Assembly (NCBI RefSeq): GCF_009914755.1
Contig: NC_060948.1
Origin: the human T2T-CHM13v2.0 reference genome, Homo sapiens
Strand: one strand, 5' to 3'
DNA length: 64,000 nucleotides
Below are positions 28,046-42,200 of the stretch, in pieces. The notes under the pieces are model-generated. The model was not told where the DNA came from, did no database searches, and worked only from the letters and a program-made list of their open reading frames with translations. A program made the position numbers and the translations under genes. Numbering within the stretch: the stretch's first letter is position 1; each line of letters starts with the position of its first letter.

Positions 28046-31000
28046 AATTCTAATTCATTCAAATGGAATGGAATTGAATGGAATGGAATCCAATGGAATG
28101 GATAGGATTGTACTGGAATGGAATAGCATGGAATGCAACGGAGTGGAATGGAGTTGAATGAAGTGGAATGGAATCGATTGGAATGGAATCAAATGGAATG
28201 GACGGGAATGGAATGGACTGGAAGAGAACAGACTCGAATTTAATAGATTGCAATGTAATTGATTCAAAGGGAATGGAATCGAATGGAATGTAATAAAATT
28301 GAAGGGATTTGAGTTCAATGCAATGGAATAGAATGGAATGCAAAGGAAAGGAAAGGTACGGAGTGAAATCGAGTGTAATGGAATCGAATGGAATGAAATG
28401 GAATGGAATGGACTCAAAAGAAATGGACGAGGGACAAAACGGAATCGAACTGATTGGAATCGAACGGAACGGAATGGAATGGAATGGTCTCCATTGGATC
28501 GGAGTAGAACGGACTGGAATGGAATGGAATGAAATGGAATGGAAAGGAATAGAATGGAATGGAATGGAATGGAATGGAATGGAAGGTAATGGAAAGATAT
28601 CGAACGGATTGGAAAGGAATGGAATGGACCCTAATGGAATGGAATGGAATTCAACAGAAACGAATGGAATGGACTGGAGTGAAATGGAGTCGAATGTAAT
28701 TGACTGGAGTGGAATGGACTCGAAAGGAATGGACTCGAATAGAATGGACTGGAATGGATTGTACTCAAATGGAGTGGAAAGGAATAAAATGGATTGCACC
28801 AGATTGGAATGGAACAGAATGTAATGGAATGGAATGGAATGCAATGGAATGGCTCCAATGGAATGGAGTCGAATGCAATGGAACAGAAAGGAAAGGAATT
28901 GAATGGAATTGAAAGTAATAGAACAAAATGGAGTGCAAAGGAAAGATATTGAATGGAATGAATCGAAAAGAAATCGAATGGAATGGACAAGAATGGAATG
29001 GAATAGAATGGAATAGACTGGCGTGCAATGAAAACGAATGGAACGGAAACGAATGGAATGCAATGGAAAGGAATGGAGTAGAATAAATACTATGGAATGG
29101 AATGGAGGCGAAAGGAAAAGAATGGATTGGAATGTCACCGAATGGAAAGATATGGAATGGAAAGGAATGGATACGAATGGAATGGAATAGAAAGGAACGG
29201 AAAGGTAAAGAATGGAATGGAATCGGATAGAATGGAATGCAATGTAATGGAGTCGAATGGAAAATAATCGTGTAGAATGATATCGAATGGAATGGAATGG
29301 AATGGAATGGACTCGAATGGAATGTACTCAAATGGATTAGAATAGAATGGAATGGAACTAAACGTAATGAACTCGAATGGAATGGACACAAATAGAATGG
29401 AAGAGAAGGGAATGGTATTGAATGGAATTTATTCGAAAAGAGTGGAATTCAATGGAATGCAGCAGTGTGGCATGGAATCAAATGGAATGGAATCGAATGG
29501 AATGGACCCGAGTGGAATGGACTCACATAGAACAGCCTCGAATGTAATGGATGACAATGTATTAGATTCGAAAGGACTGAAATCGAATGGAATGTAATCA
29601 AGTAGAACGGAATTGAATGCATGGAATGGCATAGAAAGTAACGCAATGGAATGGAATAGACTGGAATGGAATGGAATCGGATGGAATGTAATGAAATGTA
29701 ATGGAAGGAATGCCATGGAATGGAATGGAATGGAAGGCAATGGGACGGTGTATAATGGAGTGCAATGGATTTCAGTGGAATGTAGTCAAAAGGAAAGAAA
29801 TAGAATGGAATTCAATATAATGGAATGGCATCCAATGGCAAGGAATGGAGCGGACTCCAATGGAAACGACATGAAAGGAATATAATAAAATGGAATGGCA
29901 TTGAACGAAATGGAATGCAATGGAGTTAAAAGGTAAAATATCGAATGGAAAAGAATTGAATGGACTCGAAAGGAATATAATGGAATGGAATGGACTCGAA
30001 TGGAATGTACTAGAGTTGAATGGAATCGAATGGAATGGAAAACAATGGAAAGGAAAGGAAGGGAATTGAAAGGAAAGGAATAGAATGGAATGGAATCGGA
30101 TGGAACGGAATTGAATGGAATGGAAACTAAAGGAATAGAATAGAAAGGAATCGCATTGAATGGAATGGAATAGAATGGAATCAGATGGAACAGAAAGGAA
30201 TGGAATAGAATCGAATGGAATGGCATCGAATGGATGGAATGGAATGTAATGGAATGGAATAGAAAGGAATGGAATGGACTCGAATGGAATGTACTCAAAT
30301 GGAATAGAATAGAATGGAATGGAAGTAAATATAATGGACTCGAATGGAATGCATTGGAATAAATTGGAATTGAGTGTATTGGATTCGAATGGAAAGGAAT
30401 GGAATGGAATGGAATGGAATGGAATGGAATGGAATGGAATGGATTCGAATGGAATGGAATCGAATGGAATGGAACGAATTGGAATGTAATTGAATGGAGT
30501 CAAAAACAGTAGAAAGAAATAAAGTTTCATCGAAAGATATCGAATGGAATTGAATGGAATGTACGCGAATGGAATGGACTGGAATGCAATGGAGTGACAT
30601 GTAACGGAATCGAAAGGAATGGAATCCAATGAAATGGAATTGAATGGAATAGAAATGAATAGAATGGAATGGAGATTAACGGAAAGATATTAAAATAATG
30701 GAATGGAATTGAGTGGACACGAATGGAATGGACTGGAATGGAAAGGACTCAAATGAAAACGAGCGCAATAGAATGGACTCGAATGGAATGGATTGGAGTG
30801 GAATGGTCTCGAATGGATTGGAAAGGAATGGAATGGAAAGGAATAGAATGGAATGTAATCAAATGGAACGAAATGGAATGGAATGGATTCGACTGGAGCA
30901 GAATTGAATGGAGTGGATTTGAATGGAATGGAATGCAATCGAATGGAATGGACACGAATCGAATAGAATGAAATGTAATGGCATAGAATGGAATGGAATG

Positions 31001-33652
31001 GAATGGAATGGAATGGAATGGAACGGAATTGAATGTCATGGAATGGAATGGCATGGCATGGAATGGAATGGAATGGAATGGAATGAAATGGATTGGAATG
31101 GGATGGGCCCAAAAGTAATAGACTCAAATAAAAGGGACTCAAAGAGAATGAAGTGGAAAGAAACGGTCTCGAATGTAATTTATTCGAATAGAATGATATT
31201 GAATGGAATGCAATAGTATGGAATGGTATCGAATAGAATGGAATAGAATGGAATGGAATGGAACGGAATGGAGTGCAATTGAACGGACTCAAATGAAATA
31301 AATTGCAATATAATTGATTCAAATGGAATGGAATCGAATAGAATGTAAACAAATGGAATGGAAGGCAATGCAATGGAAAGGAATCGAATGAAATGGAATA
31401 AATGGAATGGAATGGAATGGAAAGGACGCGAATATATTGGACTGTTAAGGAAAGGTGTCAAATCGAATTTATTCCAATAGAATGGAATCGAATGGAATGC
31501 AATACTATTGAATCGAATCGAATGGAATGGAATTGAATGGAATGGACAGGAATGGAATGAACTGGAAGTGAATGGACAGGAACGTAATATATTGCAATGT
31601 AATTTATTCAAATGGAATGGAATGCAATCGAATGGAATGGACTCGATTGGAATGGACTGGAGTGGAATGGATTCAAATGGAATGGCAAGGAATGGAATGG
31701 AATGGAATGGAAAGCAAAGGAATCTACTGGAATAGAATCGAACGGAACAGAAAGGAATGGAATGGAATGGAGTGGAATGGACTCGAATGGAATGTATTCG
31801 AATGTAATGGACCTAAAAAGGAATGGAATCCAATGGAATGGAATTGAATGGAATCAAAAGGAATAGAAAGGCATCGAGTGTAATTGAATGATATCGAAAG
31901 GAAGGGAATGGAATGAACTCGAATGGAATGCACTGGAATGGAATGGACTCGATCAGAACGGACTGGAGAGGAATGTACACAAATGGAATGGAAACGAATG
32001 GAATGGAATGAAATGGAATGGAATGAAATGGAATTGAAAGGAAGGGAATCAAATGGAATGGAATGGAATGGATTGGAATAGAATGGATTCAAATAAAATA
32101 GAATCGATGGGAATGGTATTGAATGAAAGGGACTTGAATGGAATGGAAAGCAATGGAAGATATTGGAATCGAATGGCATCGAATGAAATGGAATGGAACG
32201 GAATGGAACGGAACCGAATGGAATGGAATGGACTCAAATGTAATGGACACCAATGGAATCGACTGAAATATAATAGTGTCGAAAGGAATGGCCTCGAGCG
32301 GAATTTATTTGAATAGAATGGAATCAAATGGAATACAATACCATTGAATGGAATCGAATGGAATGGAATCGAATGGAATGGAATCAAATGGAATGGAACG
32401 GAATTCAATATAATGGAGTAGAATGGAATGCATTGGAAAGGAGCAGAGTGGAATCAAGTGGAATGGAATCGAGTGGAATGGAATCGAGTGGAATGGAATC
32501 AATGGGAACAAAATCGAATTGAATGGACTTGAATGGAATTGACTCGAAAGGAATTGACTCGAAAGGAATGGACTGGAACAAAAAGGAATCAAATGGACAG
32601 GAATGGGATGGAATGGACACGAATGGAATGGAGTCAAATGCAAACGCATCGAATGGAATGGATTGAAATGGAATGCAATGGAATGGAACAGAAAGGAAGA
32701 GAATGGAATTGAGAGTAATGGAAAGATATCGATTGGAATGAAATGGAATGGAAAGGAATTGAATGGAAAGGAATGGAGTGGAAAGAAATGGATTGGAATG
32801 GAATGGTCTCCAATGGAATGGACTGGAGTGGAATGGAATCGAATGGAATGAAAAGAATGGAACGGAATGGAACGGAAAGGAATAGAATGTTATGGAATCC
32901 GATTGGACAGAATGGAATGGAATGGACTTTCATGAAATGGAGTCGAATAGAGTGTCATCAAAAGGAATGGAATGGAATGGAGTGGACTCAAAAGGAATGG
33001 ACTCGAAAGGAATGGAGTCGAACCAAATTGAATCAAATGGATTGGAGTCGAACAGAATGGAATGGAATGAAATGTACTCGACTGGAGTAGAGAGGAATGT
33101 AAAGGAATAGAATGGAATGTAATCAAATGGATTGCAAGTGAATGGAATCAAAAATAATAGAAAGGAATGGAGTGTAAAGGGATGATATTGAATATAATGG
33201 AATGGAATGGAATTTAATGGAATGGAGACGAAGGAATGGACAGGAATGTAATGGACTCCAATGGAATGGAATGGATCAAAATGGATTTGAACAGATTGGA
33301 ATCGAACGGAATGGAATGCAACGGCATGGAATGGACTCGAATGGAGAAGAGACAAATGGAATGGAAACGAATTCAATGGAATTGAAAAGAATAGGATGGA
33401 ATGGCGTGTAATGGTAAGATACTAAATGGAATGGAATTGAATGGAATGGAATGGACCCAAATGTAATGCACTCGAAAGGAATATACTCAAATAGAATGGA
33501 ATCGAAAGGAAAGGTCTCAAATGGAATTTATTCAATACAATGGAATCGAATGGAATGCAATAGAATGGAATGGAATCGAATGTAATGGAATCAAATAGAA
33601 TGGACCAGTATGGAATGGACTGCCATAGAACGGACTGCAGTGTAATGGATTG
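28046..33652 (+). repeat. Higher-order unit U6 (5607 bp)
   Basis: Landmark at 28046; shares several rare variants specifically with U8. Confidence 0.93.
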
Positions 33653-36600
33653 AATTCTAATTCATTCAAATGGAATGGAATTGAATGGAATGGAATCCAA
33701 TGGAATGGATAGGATTGTACTGGAATGGAATAGCATGGAATGCAACGGAGTGGAATGGAGTTGAATGAAGTGGAATGGAATCGATTGGAATGGAATCAAA
33801 TGGAATGGACGGGAATGGAATGGACTGGAAGAGAACAGACTCGAATTTAATGGATTGCAATGTAATTGATTCAAAGGGAATGGAATCGAATGGAATGTAA
33901 TAAAATTGAAGGGATTTGAGTTCAATGCAATGGAATAGAATGGAATGCAAAGGAAAGGAAAGGTACGGAGTGAAATCGAGTGTAATGGAATCGAATGGAA
34001 TGAAATGGAATGGAATGGACTCAAAAGAAATGGACGAGGGACAAAACGGAATCGAACTGATTGGAATCGAACGGAACGGAATGGAATGGAATGGTCTCCA
34101 TTGGATCGGAGTAGAACGGACTGGAATGGAATGGAATGAAATGGAATGGAAAGGAATAGAATGGAATGGAATGGAATGGAATGGAATGGAAGGTAATGGA
34201 AAGATATCGAACGGATTGGAAAGGAATGGAATGGACCCTAATGGAATGGAATGGAATTCAACAGAAACGAATGGAATGGACTGGAGTGAAATGGAGTCGA
34301 ATGTAATTGACTGGAGTGGAATGGACTCGAAAGGAATGGACTCGAATAGAATGGACTGGAATGGATTGTACTCAAATGGAGTGGAAAGGAATAAAATGGA
34401 TTGCACCAGATTGGAATGGAACAGAATGTAATGGAATGGAATGGAATGCAATGGAATGGCTCCAATGGAATGGAGTCGAATGCAATGGAACAGAAAGGAA
34501 AGGAATTGAATGGAATTGAAAGTAATAGAACAAAATGGAGTGCAAAGGAAAGATATTGAATGGAATGAATCGAAAAGAAATCGAATGGAATGGACAAGAA
34601 TGGAATGGAATAGAATGGAATAGACTGGCGTGCAATGAAAACGAATGGAATGGAAACGAATTTAATGCAATGGAAAGGAATGGAGTAGAATAAATACTAT
34701 GGAATGGAATGGAGGCGAAAGGAAAAGAATGGATTGGAATGTCACCGAATGGAAAGATATGGAATGGAAAGGAATGGATACGAATGGAATGGAATAGAAA
34801 GGAACGGAAAGGTAAAGAATGGAATGGAATCGGATAGAATGGAATGCAATGTAATGGAGTCGAATGGAAAATAATCGTGTAGAATGATATCGAATGGAAT
34901 GGAATGGAATGGAATGGACTCGAATGGAATGTACTCAAATGGATTAGAATAGAATGGAATGGAACTAAACGTAATGAACTCGAATGGAATGGACACAAAT
35001 AGAATGGAAGAGAAAGGAATGGTATTGAATGGAATTTATTCGAATAGAGTGGAATTCAATGGAATGCAACAGTGTGGCATGGAATCAAATGGAATGGAAT
35101 CGAATGGAATGGACCCGAGTGGAATGGACTCACATAGAACAGCCTCGAATGTAATGGATGACAATGTATTAGATTCGAAAGGACTGAAATCGAATGGAAT
35201 GTAATCAAGTAGAACGGAATTGAATGCATGGAATGGCATAGAAAGTAACGCAATGGAATGGAATAGACTGGAATGGAATGGAATCGGATGGAATGTAATG
35301 AAATGTAATGGAAGGAATGCCATGGAATGGAATGGAATGGAATGCAATGGGACGGTGTATAATGGAGTGCAATGGATTTCAGTGGAATGTAGTCAAAAGG
35401 AAAGAAAGAGAATGGAATTCAATATAATGGAATGGCATCCAATGGCAAGGAATGGAGCGGACTCCAATGGAAACGACATGAAAGGAATATAATAAAATGG
35501 AATGGCATTGAACGAAATGGAATGTAATGGAGTTAAAAGGTAAAATATCGAATGGAAAAGAATTGAATGGACTCGAAAGGAATATAATGGAATGGAATGG
35601 ACTCGAATGGAATGTACTAGAGTTGAATGGAATCGAATGGAATGGAAAACAATGGAAAGGAAAGGAAGGGAATTGAAAGGAAAGGAATAGAATGGAATGG
35701 AATCGGATGGAACGGAATTGAATGGAATGGAAACTAAAGGAATAGAATAGAAAGGAATCGCATTGAATGGAATGGAATAGAATGGAATCAGATGGAACAG
35801 AAAGGAATGGAATAGAATCGAATGGAATGGCATCGAATGGATGGAATGAAATGTAATGGAATGGAATAGAAAGGAATGGAATGGACTCGAATGGAATGTC
35901 CTCAAATGGAATAGAATAGAATGGAATGGAAGTAAATATAATGGACTCGAATGGAATGCATTGGAATAAATTGGAATTGAGTGTATTGGATTCGAATGGA
36001 AAGGAATGGAATGGAATGGAATGGAATGGAATGGAATGGAATGGAATGGAATGGATTCGAATGGAATGGAATCGAATGGAATGGAACGAATTGGAATGTA
36101 ATTGAATGGAGTCAAAAACAGTAGAAAGAAATAAAGTTTCATCGAAAGATATCGAATGGAATTGAATGGAATGTACGCGAATGGAATGGACTGTAATGGA
36201 ATGGAGTGACATGTAACGGAATCGAAAGGAATGGAATCCAATGAAATGGAATTGAATGGAATAGAAATGAATAGAATGGAATGGAGATTAACGGAAAGAT
36301 ATTAAAATAATGGAATGGAATTGAGTGGACACGAATGGAATGGACTGGAATGGAAAGGACTCAAATGAAAACGAGCGCATTAGAATGGACTCGAATGGAA
36401 TGGATTGGAGTGGAATGGTCTCGAATGGATTGGAAAGGAATGGAATGGAAAGGAATAGAATGGAATGTAATCAAATGGAACGAAATGGAATGGAATGGAT
36501 TCGACTGGAGCAGAATTGAATGGAGTGGATTTGAATGGAATGGAATGCAATCGAATGGAATGGACACGAATCGAATAGAATGAAATGAAATGGCATAGAA

Positions 36601-39269
36601 TGGAATGGAATGGAATGGAATGGAATGGAATGGAATGGAACGGAATTGAATGTCATGGAATGGAATGGCATGGCATGGAATGGAATGGAATGGAATGGAA
36701 TGAAATGGATTGGAATGGGATGGGCCCAAAAGTAATAGACTCAAATAAAAGGGACTCAAAGAGAATGAAGTGGAAAGAAACGGTCTCGAATGTAATTTAT
36801 TCGAATAGAATGATATTGAATGGAATGCAATAGTATGGAATGGTATCGAATAGAATGGAATAGAATGGAATGGAATGGAACGGAATGGAGTGCAATTGAA
36901 CGGACTCAAATGCAATAAATTGCAATATAATTGATTCAAATGGAATGGAATCGAATAGAATGTAAACAAATGGAATGGAAGGCAATGCAATGGAAAGGAA
37001 TCGAATGAAATGGAATAAATGGAATGGAATGGAATGGAAAGGACGCGAATATATTGGACTGTTAAGGAAAGGTGTCAAATCGAATTTATTCCAATAGAAT
37101 GGAATCGAATGGAATGCAATACTATTGAATCGAATCGAATGGAATGGAATTGAATGGAATGGACAGGAATGGAATGAACTGGAAGTGAATGGACAGGAAC
37201 GTAATATATTGCAATGTAATTTATTCAAATGGAATGGAATGCAATCGAATGGAATGGACTCGATTGGAATGGACTGGAGTGGAATGGATTCAAATGGAAT
37301 GGCAAGGAATGGAATGGAATGGAATGGAAAGCAAAGGAATCTACTGGAATAGAATCGAACGGAACAGAAAGGAATGGAATGGAATGGAGTGGAATGGACT
37401 CGAATGGAATGTATTCGAATGTAATGGACCTAAAAAGGAATGGAATCCAATGGAATGGAATTGAATGGAATCAAAAGGAATAGAAAGGCATCGAGTGTAA
37501 TTGAATGATATCGAAAGGAAGGGAATGGAATGAACTCGAATGGAATGCACTGGAATGGAATGGACTCGATCAGAACGGACTGGAGAGGAATGTACACAAA
37601 TGGAATGGAAACGAATGGAATGGAATGAAATGGAATGGAATGAAATGGAATTGAAAGGAAGGGAATCAAATGGAATGGAATGGAATGGATTGGAATAGAA
37701 TGGATTCAAATAAAATAGAATCGATGGGAATGGTATTGAATGAAAGGGACTTGAATGGAATGGAAAGCAATGGAAGATATTGGAATCGAATGGCATCGAA
37801 TGAAATGGAATGGAACGGAATGGAACGGAACCGAATGGAATGGAATGGACTCAAATGTAATGGACACCAATGGAATCGACTGAAATATAATAGTGTCGAA
37901 AGGAATGGCCTCGAGCGGAATTTATTTGAATAGAATGGAATCAAATGGAATACAATACCATTGAATGGAATCGAATGGAATGGAATCGAATGGAATGGAA
38001 TCAAATGGAATGGAACGGAATTCAATATAATGGAGTAGAATGGAATGCATTGGAAAGGAGCAGAGTGGAATCAAGTGGAATGGAATCGAGTGGAATGGAA
38101 TCGAGTGGAATGGAATCAATGGGAACAAAATCGAATTGAATGGACTTGAATGGAATTGACTCGAAAGGAATTGACTCGAAAGAAATGGACTGGAACAAAA
38201 AGGAATCAAATGGACAGGAATGGGATGGAATGGACACGAATGGAATGGAGTCAAATGCAAACGCATCGAATGGAATGGATTGAAATGGAATGCAATGGAA
38301 TGGAACAGAAAGGAAGAGAATGGAATTGAGAGTAATGGAAAGATATCGATTGGAATGAAATGGAATGGAAATGAATTGAATGGAAAGGAATGGAGTGGAA
38401 AGAAATGGATTGGAATGGAATGGTCTCCAATGGAATGGACTGGAGTGGAATGGAATCGAATGGAATGAAAAGAATGGAACGGAATGGAATGGAAAGGAAT
38501 AGAATGTTATGGAATCCGATTGGACAGAATGGAATGGAATGGAGTTTCATGAAATGGAGTCGAATAGAGTGTCATCAAAAGGAATGGAATGGAATGGAGT
38601 GGACTCAAAAGGAATGGACTCGAAAGGAATGGAGTCCAACCAAATTGAATCAAATGGATTGGAGTCGAACAGAATGGAATGGAATGAAATGTACTCGACT
38701 GGAGTAGAGAGGAATGTAAAGGAATAGAATGGAATGTAATCAAATGGATTGCAAGTGAATGGAATCAAAAATAATAGAAAGGAATGGAGTGTAAAGGGAT
38801 GATATTGAATATAATGGAATGGAATGGAATTTAATGGAATGGAGACGAAGGAATGGACAGGAATGTAATGGACTCCAATGGAATGGAATGGATCAAAATG
38901 GATTTGAACAGATTGGAATCGAACGGAATGGAATGCAACGGCATGGAATGGACTCGAATGGAGAAGAGACAAATGGAATGGAAACGAATTCAATGGAATT
39001 GAAAAGAATAGGATGGAATGGCGTGTAATGGTAAGATACTAAATGGAATGGAATTGAATGGAATGGAATGGACCCAAATGTAATGCACTCGAAAGGAATA
39101 TACTCAAATAGAACGGAATCGAAAGGAAAGGTCTCAAATGGAATTTATTCAATACAATGGAATCGAATGGAATGCAACAGAATGGAATGGAATCGAATGT
39201 AATGGAATCAAATAGAATGGACCAGTATGGAATGGACTGCCATAGAACGGACTGCAGTGTAATGGATTG
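33653..39269 (+). repeat. Higher-order unit U7 (5617 bp)
   Basis: Landmark at 33653; head resembles U9, tail resembles U5. Confidence 0.93.
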
Positions 39270-42200
39270 AATTCTAATTCATTCAAATGGAATGGAATTG
39301 AATGGAATGGAATCCAATGGAATGGATAGGATTGTACTGGAATGGAATAGCATGGAATGCAACGGAGTGGAATGGAGTTGAATGAAGTGGAATGGAATCG
39401 ATTGGAATGGAATCAAATGGAATGGACGGGAATGGAATGGACTGGAAGAGAACAGACTCGAATTTAATAGATTGCAATGTAATTGATTCAAAGGGAATGG
39501 AATCGAATGGAATGTAATAAAATTGAAGGGATTTGAGTTCAATGCAATGGAATAGAATGGAATGCAAAGGAAAGGAAAGGTACGGAGTGAAATCGAGTGT
39601 AATGGAATCGAATGGAATGAAATGGAATGGAATGGACTCAAAAGAAATGGACGAGGGACAAAACGGAATCGAACTGATTGGAATCGAACGGAACGGAATG
39701 GAATGGAATGGTCTCCATTGGATCGGAGTAGAACGGACTGGAATGGAATGGAATGAAATGGAATGGAAAGGAATAGAATGGAATGGAATGGAATGGAATG
39801 GAATGGAAGGTAATGGAAAGATATCGAACGGATTGGAAAGGAATGGAATGGACCCTAATGGAATGGAATGGAATTCAACAGAAACGAATGGAATGGACTG
39901 GAGTGAAATGGAGTCGAATGTAATTGACTGGAGTGGAATGGACTCGAAAGGAATGGACTCGAATAGAATGGACTGGAATGGATTGTACTCAAATGGAGTG
40001 GAAAGGAATAAAATGGATTGCACCAGATTGGAATGGAACAGAATGTAATGGAATGGAATGGAATGCAATGGAATGGCTCCAATGGAATGGAGTCGAATGC
40101 AATGGAACAGAAAGGAAAGGAATTGAATGGAATTGAAAGTAATAGAACAAAATGGAGTGCAAAGGAAAGATATTGAATGGAATGAATCGAAAAGAAATCG
40201 AATGGAATGGACAAGAATGGAATGGAATAGAATGGAATAGACTGGCGTGCAATGAAAACGAATGGAACGGAAACGAATGGAATGCAATGGAAAGGAATGG
40301 AGTAGAATAAATACTATGGAATGGAATGGAGGCGAAAGGAAAAGAATGGATTGGAATGTCACCGAATGGAAAGATATGGAATGGAAAGGAATGGATACGA
40401 ATGGAATGGAATAGAAAGGAACGGAAAGGTAAAGAATGGAATGGAATCGGATAGAATGGAATGCAATGTAATGGAGTCGAATGGAAAATAATCGTGTAGA
40501 ATGATATCGAATGGAATGGAATGGAATGGAATGGACTCGAATGGAATGTACTCAAATGGATTAGAATAGAATGGAATGGAACTAAACGTAATGAACTCGA
40601 ATGGAATGGACACAAATAGAATGGAAGAGAAGGGAATGGTATTGAATGGAATTTATTCGAAAAGAGTGGAATTCAATGGAATGCAGCAGTGTGGCATGGA
40701 ATCAAATGGAATGGAATCGAATGGAATGGACCCGAGTGGAATGGACTCACATAGAACAGCCTCGAATGTAATGGATGACAATGTATTAGATTCGAAAGGA
40801 CTGAAATCGAATGGAATGTAATCAAGTAGAACGGAATTGAATGCATGGAATGGCATAGAAAGTAACGCAATGGAATGGAATAGACTGGAATGGAATGGAA
40901 TCGGATGGAATGTAATGAAATGTAATGGAAGGAATGCCATGGAATGGAATGGAATGGAAGGCAATGGGACGGTGTATAATGGAGTGCAATGGATTTCAGT
41001 GGAATGTAGTCAAAAGGAAAGAAATAGAATGGAATTCAATATAATGGAATGGCATCCAATGGCAAGGAATGGAGCGGACTCCAATGGAAACGACATGAAA
41101 GGAATATAATAAAATGGAATGGCATTGAACGAAATGGAATGCAATGGAGTTAAAAGGTAAAATATCGAATGGAAAAGAATTGAATGGACTCGAAAGGAAT
41201 ATAATGGAATGGAATGGACTCGAATGGAATGTACTAGAGTTGAATGGAATCGAATGGAATGGAAAACAATGGAAAGGAAAGGAAGGGAATTGAAAGGAAA
41301 GGAATAGAATGGAATGGAATCGGATGGAACGGAATTGAATGGAATGGAAACTAAAGGAATAGAATAGAAAGGAATCGCATTGAATGGAATGGAATAGAAT
41401 GGAATCAGATGGAACAGAAAGGAATGGAATAGAATCGAATGGAATGGCATCGAATGGATGGAATGGAATGTAATGGAATGGAATAGAAAGGAATGGAATG
41501 GACTCGAATGGAATGTACTCAAATGGAATAGAATAGAATGGAATGGAAGTAAATATAATGGACTCGAATGGAATGCATTGGAATAAATTGGAATTGAGTG
41601 TATTGGATTCGAATGGAAAGGAATGGAATGGAATGGAATGGAATGGAATGGAATGGAATGGATTCGAATGGAATGGAATCGAATGGAATGGAACGAATTG
41701 GAATGTAATTGAATGGAGTCAAAAACAGTAGAAAGAAATAAAGTTTCATCGAAAGATATCGAATGGAATTGAATGGAATGTACGCGAATGGAATGGACTG
41801 GAATGCAATGGAGTGACATGTAACGGAATCGAAAGGAATGGAATCCAATGAAATGGAATTGAATGGAATAGAAATGAATAGAATGGAATGGAGATTAACG
41901 GAAAGATATTAAAATAATGGAATGGAATTGAGTGGACACGAATGGAATGGACTGGAATGGAAAGGACTCAAATGAAAACGAGCGCAATAGAATGGACTCG
42001 AATGGAATGGATTGGAGTGGAATGGTCTCGAATGGATTGGAAAGGAATGGAATGGAAAGGAATAGAATGGAATGTAATCAAATGGAACGAAATGGAATGG
42101 AATGGATTCGACTGGAGCAGAATTGAATGGAGTGGATTTGAATGGAATGGAATGCAATCGAATGGAATGGACACGAATCGAATAGAATGAAATGTAATGG

